From the human T2T-CHM13v2.0 reference genome, Homo sapiens: DNA of 64,000 bases. Made by a program: the position numbers and the translations under genes. Positions 59,092-64,000 of the stretch are shown piece by piece (the first letter of the stretch is position 1; each line of letters starts with the position of its first letter). The stretch lies in the NCBI RefSeq assembly GCF_009914755.1, contig NC_060936.1. One strand, 5' to 3'. The notes beneath the pieces were generated by a model, which was not told where the DNA came from, searched no databases, and was given only the letters and a program-made list of their open reading frames with translations.

Positions 59092-60026
59092 TGAATTCCT
59101 GACCTCAGGTGATCCACCCGCCTCAGTGCTGGGATTACAGGCGTGAGCTACTGCACCTGGCCTCCCAAAGTGCTGGGATTACAGGCATGAGCCACGGCAC
59201 CTGGCCGTATTCTAACTAGTTGAGTCTCACCCTGTGGACATTTGGATTCCTTACTTCTATGGAGGAATCTAAACGATAAGGTCAGTTGGTGAGCAATAGT
59301 GTCAGAACAAAGACACATTAGTTGGAAGTTAAATGGTATCAAATTACAATCATTAAGAGCAGTCATTTCCTCAGGACTATTACCTGCTTCTAGGATATTG
59401 ACTACACTGGTTTTGATATTGCGTAGGCGGGGCATGGCTGAATTTTGCCACTATAAACCCTACTTTTGTATGTGGGCCATCCCCTCGTATTTGATGCCAT
59501 TAAAAATAAATGTTAATGTGATTGACTAAGCTATCAAGTACTAGTTTTTCTCTGGGCCTAGGAGACATATAATTTTTCATTATATATTTATTCAATCAGT
59601 TTAACCCTAATTATTTTTTCCTTTTCTTTTTACTTCCAAGTACTTAACGCCCCCTCATGTACTACTGACTTCCATCAAAGAAGTTCGAAAAATTATTTCA
59701 AAATGTATTGTTAATTCACCCTTTCATAAGCAAAATGTAAAAATTTTGCTAAAAGTCCAGTTAAAGAAATTTTTAGTGAAGAAAATGTGATATTAAAGGG
59801 GATCCTTGCCAGAGGGTTTGAAGAAACAGTGCAGAGATATTTAGGTAGATTTAGTGTTGTTTTTAAAATTTGGACAGCAGCAGCATTGTGGGAGGTCAGA
59901 TTTTACATATGTTGCAATTTTGCTTCTATTTCTTGTAATTGTAGCTTTTTGCTTTAAAATTAAAATTCTTTAAGAATTAAAGAATGTGTTTATATTTAAA
60001 ATACTAAACGATTTTATATTTCTTAG

Positions 60027-60750
<724 letters not shown>

Positions 60751-60774
60751 TCAATCTTGTGGCTTCCCTTGTGA

Positions 60775-60969
<195 letters not shown>

Positions 60970-62603
60970 TAACCTAATTTGAGATTAAGAATTGGGAGGT
61001 GAAACTTCCAGTTTAAAAAGAGGAATTTAAATTTTTTCTGTCCATAAAGGTAGAATATTATTTAGTATTATTATTATAGTCTACCAAATTTAACTTTATT
61101 GCTTGAAGCAAAATAGGTTAAGGCAAATGCTTTGTTTGATAGCATGTATAATTATTTATCATGGGTGTTTTAAAGAAAATATAAATGCTTAGTCTGGGAA
61201 TGCATATCTTAGATGGTTTCTTAAATACAATGAAAGTTATACAAAGGACAATGAACTGTTTTCCATTAGATGAGAGTCTTTGAAAAACAAAAGTTTGCTA
61301 AAAGGTGATGAGAACAGGGAGAATGGGTACTCTGTTGCTGGAGACAGGGGTAAATGAAATTTGGAAATGGGAATGTGAAGACACAAGAAAGCATACATCA
61401 AGGAAAACAAATGTTTTCTTTGAATGAAAGAAGATAATTTTGTTTAAAGAGGTCTTTGGAGAATCACTGGGTGAGAGAGTAGCGGTATATTTGCAATAAT
61501 GCTAATGGTTGTAAATGACATTTTAATAAACATAAAAATCCAAACATTTAATGCATGCCATTTATTTGTAGTAATGGTGTCATTGAATAAGCTTATTAAC
61601 TGAGCTAATGTATGCAAAGTGCATAGAACTGTGCCTATGTAAGTCCATGCAAATTGTCTATTGTTTTTTCCTTTCATGATATTTGAGTTTTATATGTTCA
61701 TGTTTCAAAAATAAAAGTCTATCACTCTGATCTGTTAAAAGTAGCCCCTCAACACTAGGGTTTATAATTTTTAAAATGTATAAAAAGGAAAAAACCAAAA
61801 AGTACAGCAAATGAAGCTGCCCATCCCCAAATCCCAGTTTTCAGTGCCTATTTTCTCTTGATTAAAACAATATTTTCTGGCCAGGTGTGGTGGCTCACAC
61901 CCGTAATCCCAGCACTTTGGGAAGCCAAGGCAGGCAGATCACTTGAAGTCAGGAGTTGGAGACCAGCCTGGCCAACATAGCAAAACCCCATCTCTACTAA
62001 AACTACAAAAAAATTAGCCAAGTGTAGTGGCGCATGCCTGTAATCCCAGCTACTTGGGAGACTGAGGCAGGAGAATCACTTGAACCCAGGGGGCAGAGGT
62101 TGCAGTGAGCCGGGGTCGTGCCACTGCGACAGAGCAAGACTCCATCTCAAAAACAAAAAACATTATTTTCTGATCAGCCCTCAAGATACTTGGCATAATT
62201 CGTGGAGTAACTTTCGGCTTGTTTAAATTTTCTTTCCAAATGAGCCTTTAAGCTCTTTCAGATGTTTAACATTATTCAAGAAATGACCTAATAAATGCTA
62301 ATTATTTATTTGAAGAAATCAAATCTCTGACCTTTCCTGAATTTTCATTCACACTATGAATGATTCAGTAGCCTTTTAATGTGTCATCATAAATATATTC
62401 CTAACTTCATTAAACTATCCAGTTAAGATTTGCTACCTTCACTTATTAGTTCATAAAATGTTTATTATGTACAAAGTTGAAATACTGTCATGCTATGCAG
62501 CCCAGGGGAATTGGGATGATTAAACAATGATCCATATCCTGGCCGGGCACAGCGGCTCACACCTATAATCCCAGCACTTTGGGATACCAAGGCGGGCAGG
62601 TCA

Positions 62604-63022
<419 letters not shown>

Positions 63023-63124
63023 TCACTGTAAATTACTTGGTGCTGAATCTATATTTTAAGAAGTGTATTTCTTGAATTGACAACATCCGTGACAGAAAAT
63101 CAATATTGTAAAAAAACAGATTTT

Positions 63125-63424
<300 letters not shown>

Positions 63425-63543
63425 AAACAGATTTTATTTACTACATGTTTTATTGGGCCTGTGATTTAGTTTTATGAGAAGATTATCTTTTTCATGTTTT
63501 TAAGACATTTAGCTAATTTATCTTTTAAATTTCTCTATTTAAG

Positions 63544-63604
63544 ATTCCCAATTTTCTGCATTTGACTCCTGTAGCAATTAAAAAGCACTGTGAAGCCCTT
63601 AAAG
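63544..63604 (+). CDS. MRPS35: MRPS35 exon 4 ([20 protein letters not shown]); gene continues beyond the window
   Basis: tttaag acceptor, AAG|gtaagt donor; conserved IPNFLHLTP. Confidence 0.95.
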
Positions 63605-64000
63605 GTAAGTGGTTATTTTCTTATATGAATTTTATATTGACTTTGAACATAAATTTAAGAATCTCTGTTCTGATATACTGTATAGCCTTATATTCAAGTT
63701 GTTTTCAGTGAATTGTTACATGTCAAGTCTGCAAATTGTTTTTGCTAACCACTACAAGGTATTAGGAATAATAATTAGAAACCATGATCCTTGTTCACAG
63801 GTAAGTTAGGGACTTACTGTTGAGTTTTAGAAAACATGCACATAAGGCTGAGTGTGGTGGCTCATACTTGTAATCCCAGCACTTTGGAAGGCCGAGGCGG
63901 GCAGACCACCTGAGGTTAGGATTTTGAGACCAGCCTGGCCAACATAGTGAAACCCTGTCTCTACTAAAAATACAAAAAAATTAGTCCTGCATGGTGGCAG

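Noticed and set aside
59120-59206. Duplicated Alu 5' end (GTGCTGGGATTACAGGC twice)
   Set aside because: Ordinary intra-Alu slippage or recombination

Overview
Primate (almost certainly human) genomic DNA carrying three + strand genes: the 3' two-thirds of PPFIBP1 (liprin-beta1: end of coiled coil, Ser/Pro linker, three SAM domains, stop at 36615-36617, ~2.7 kb 3'UTR), the single-exon gene REP15 (40298-41008), and the CpG-island promoter plus exons 1-4 of MRPS35 (from 54580). Also present: a TSD-flanked HMGB1 processed pseudogene, a decayed tRNA-Lys(TTT) copy, three ERV1-type solo LTRs, MaLR/ERVL LTRs, DNA-transposon relics, L1/L2/MIR fragments and roughly 40 Alu elements or monomers, including one AluYb8. 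I see no convincing wholly new gene or system. The best unexplained signals are: (i) a ~360-bp local inverted duplication in a PPFIBP1 intron, with one arm splitting a MIR, able to form a long non-Alu dsRNA; (ii) a set of short symmetric cassette exons in PPFIBP1, including a 33-nt exon that duplicates an RxxSAP 14-3-3-type motif and a candidate 27-nt microexon followed by a dense YCAY cluster; (iii) an inverted Alu pair enclosing the PPFIBP1 poly(A) site ~1 kb upstream of REP15; (iv) an internal L1 ORF2 fragment with an 18-bp TSD and no poly(A). Exon borders were read by eye from GT/AG sites and phase continuity. Repeat family names come from recalled consensus sequences, not from a search.
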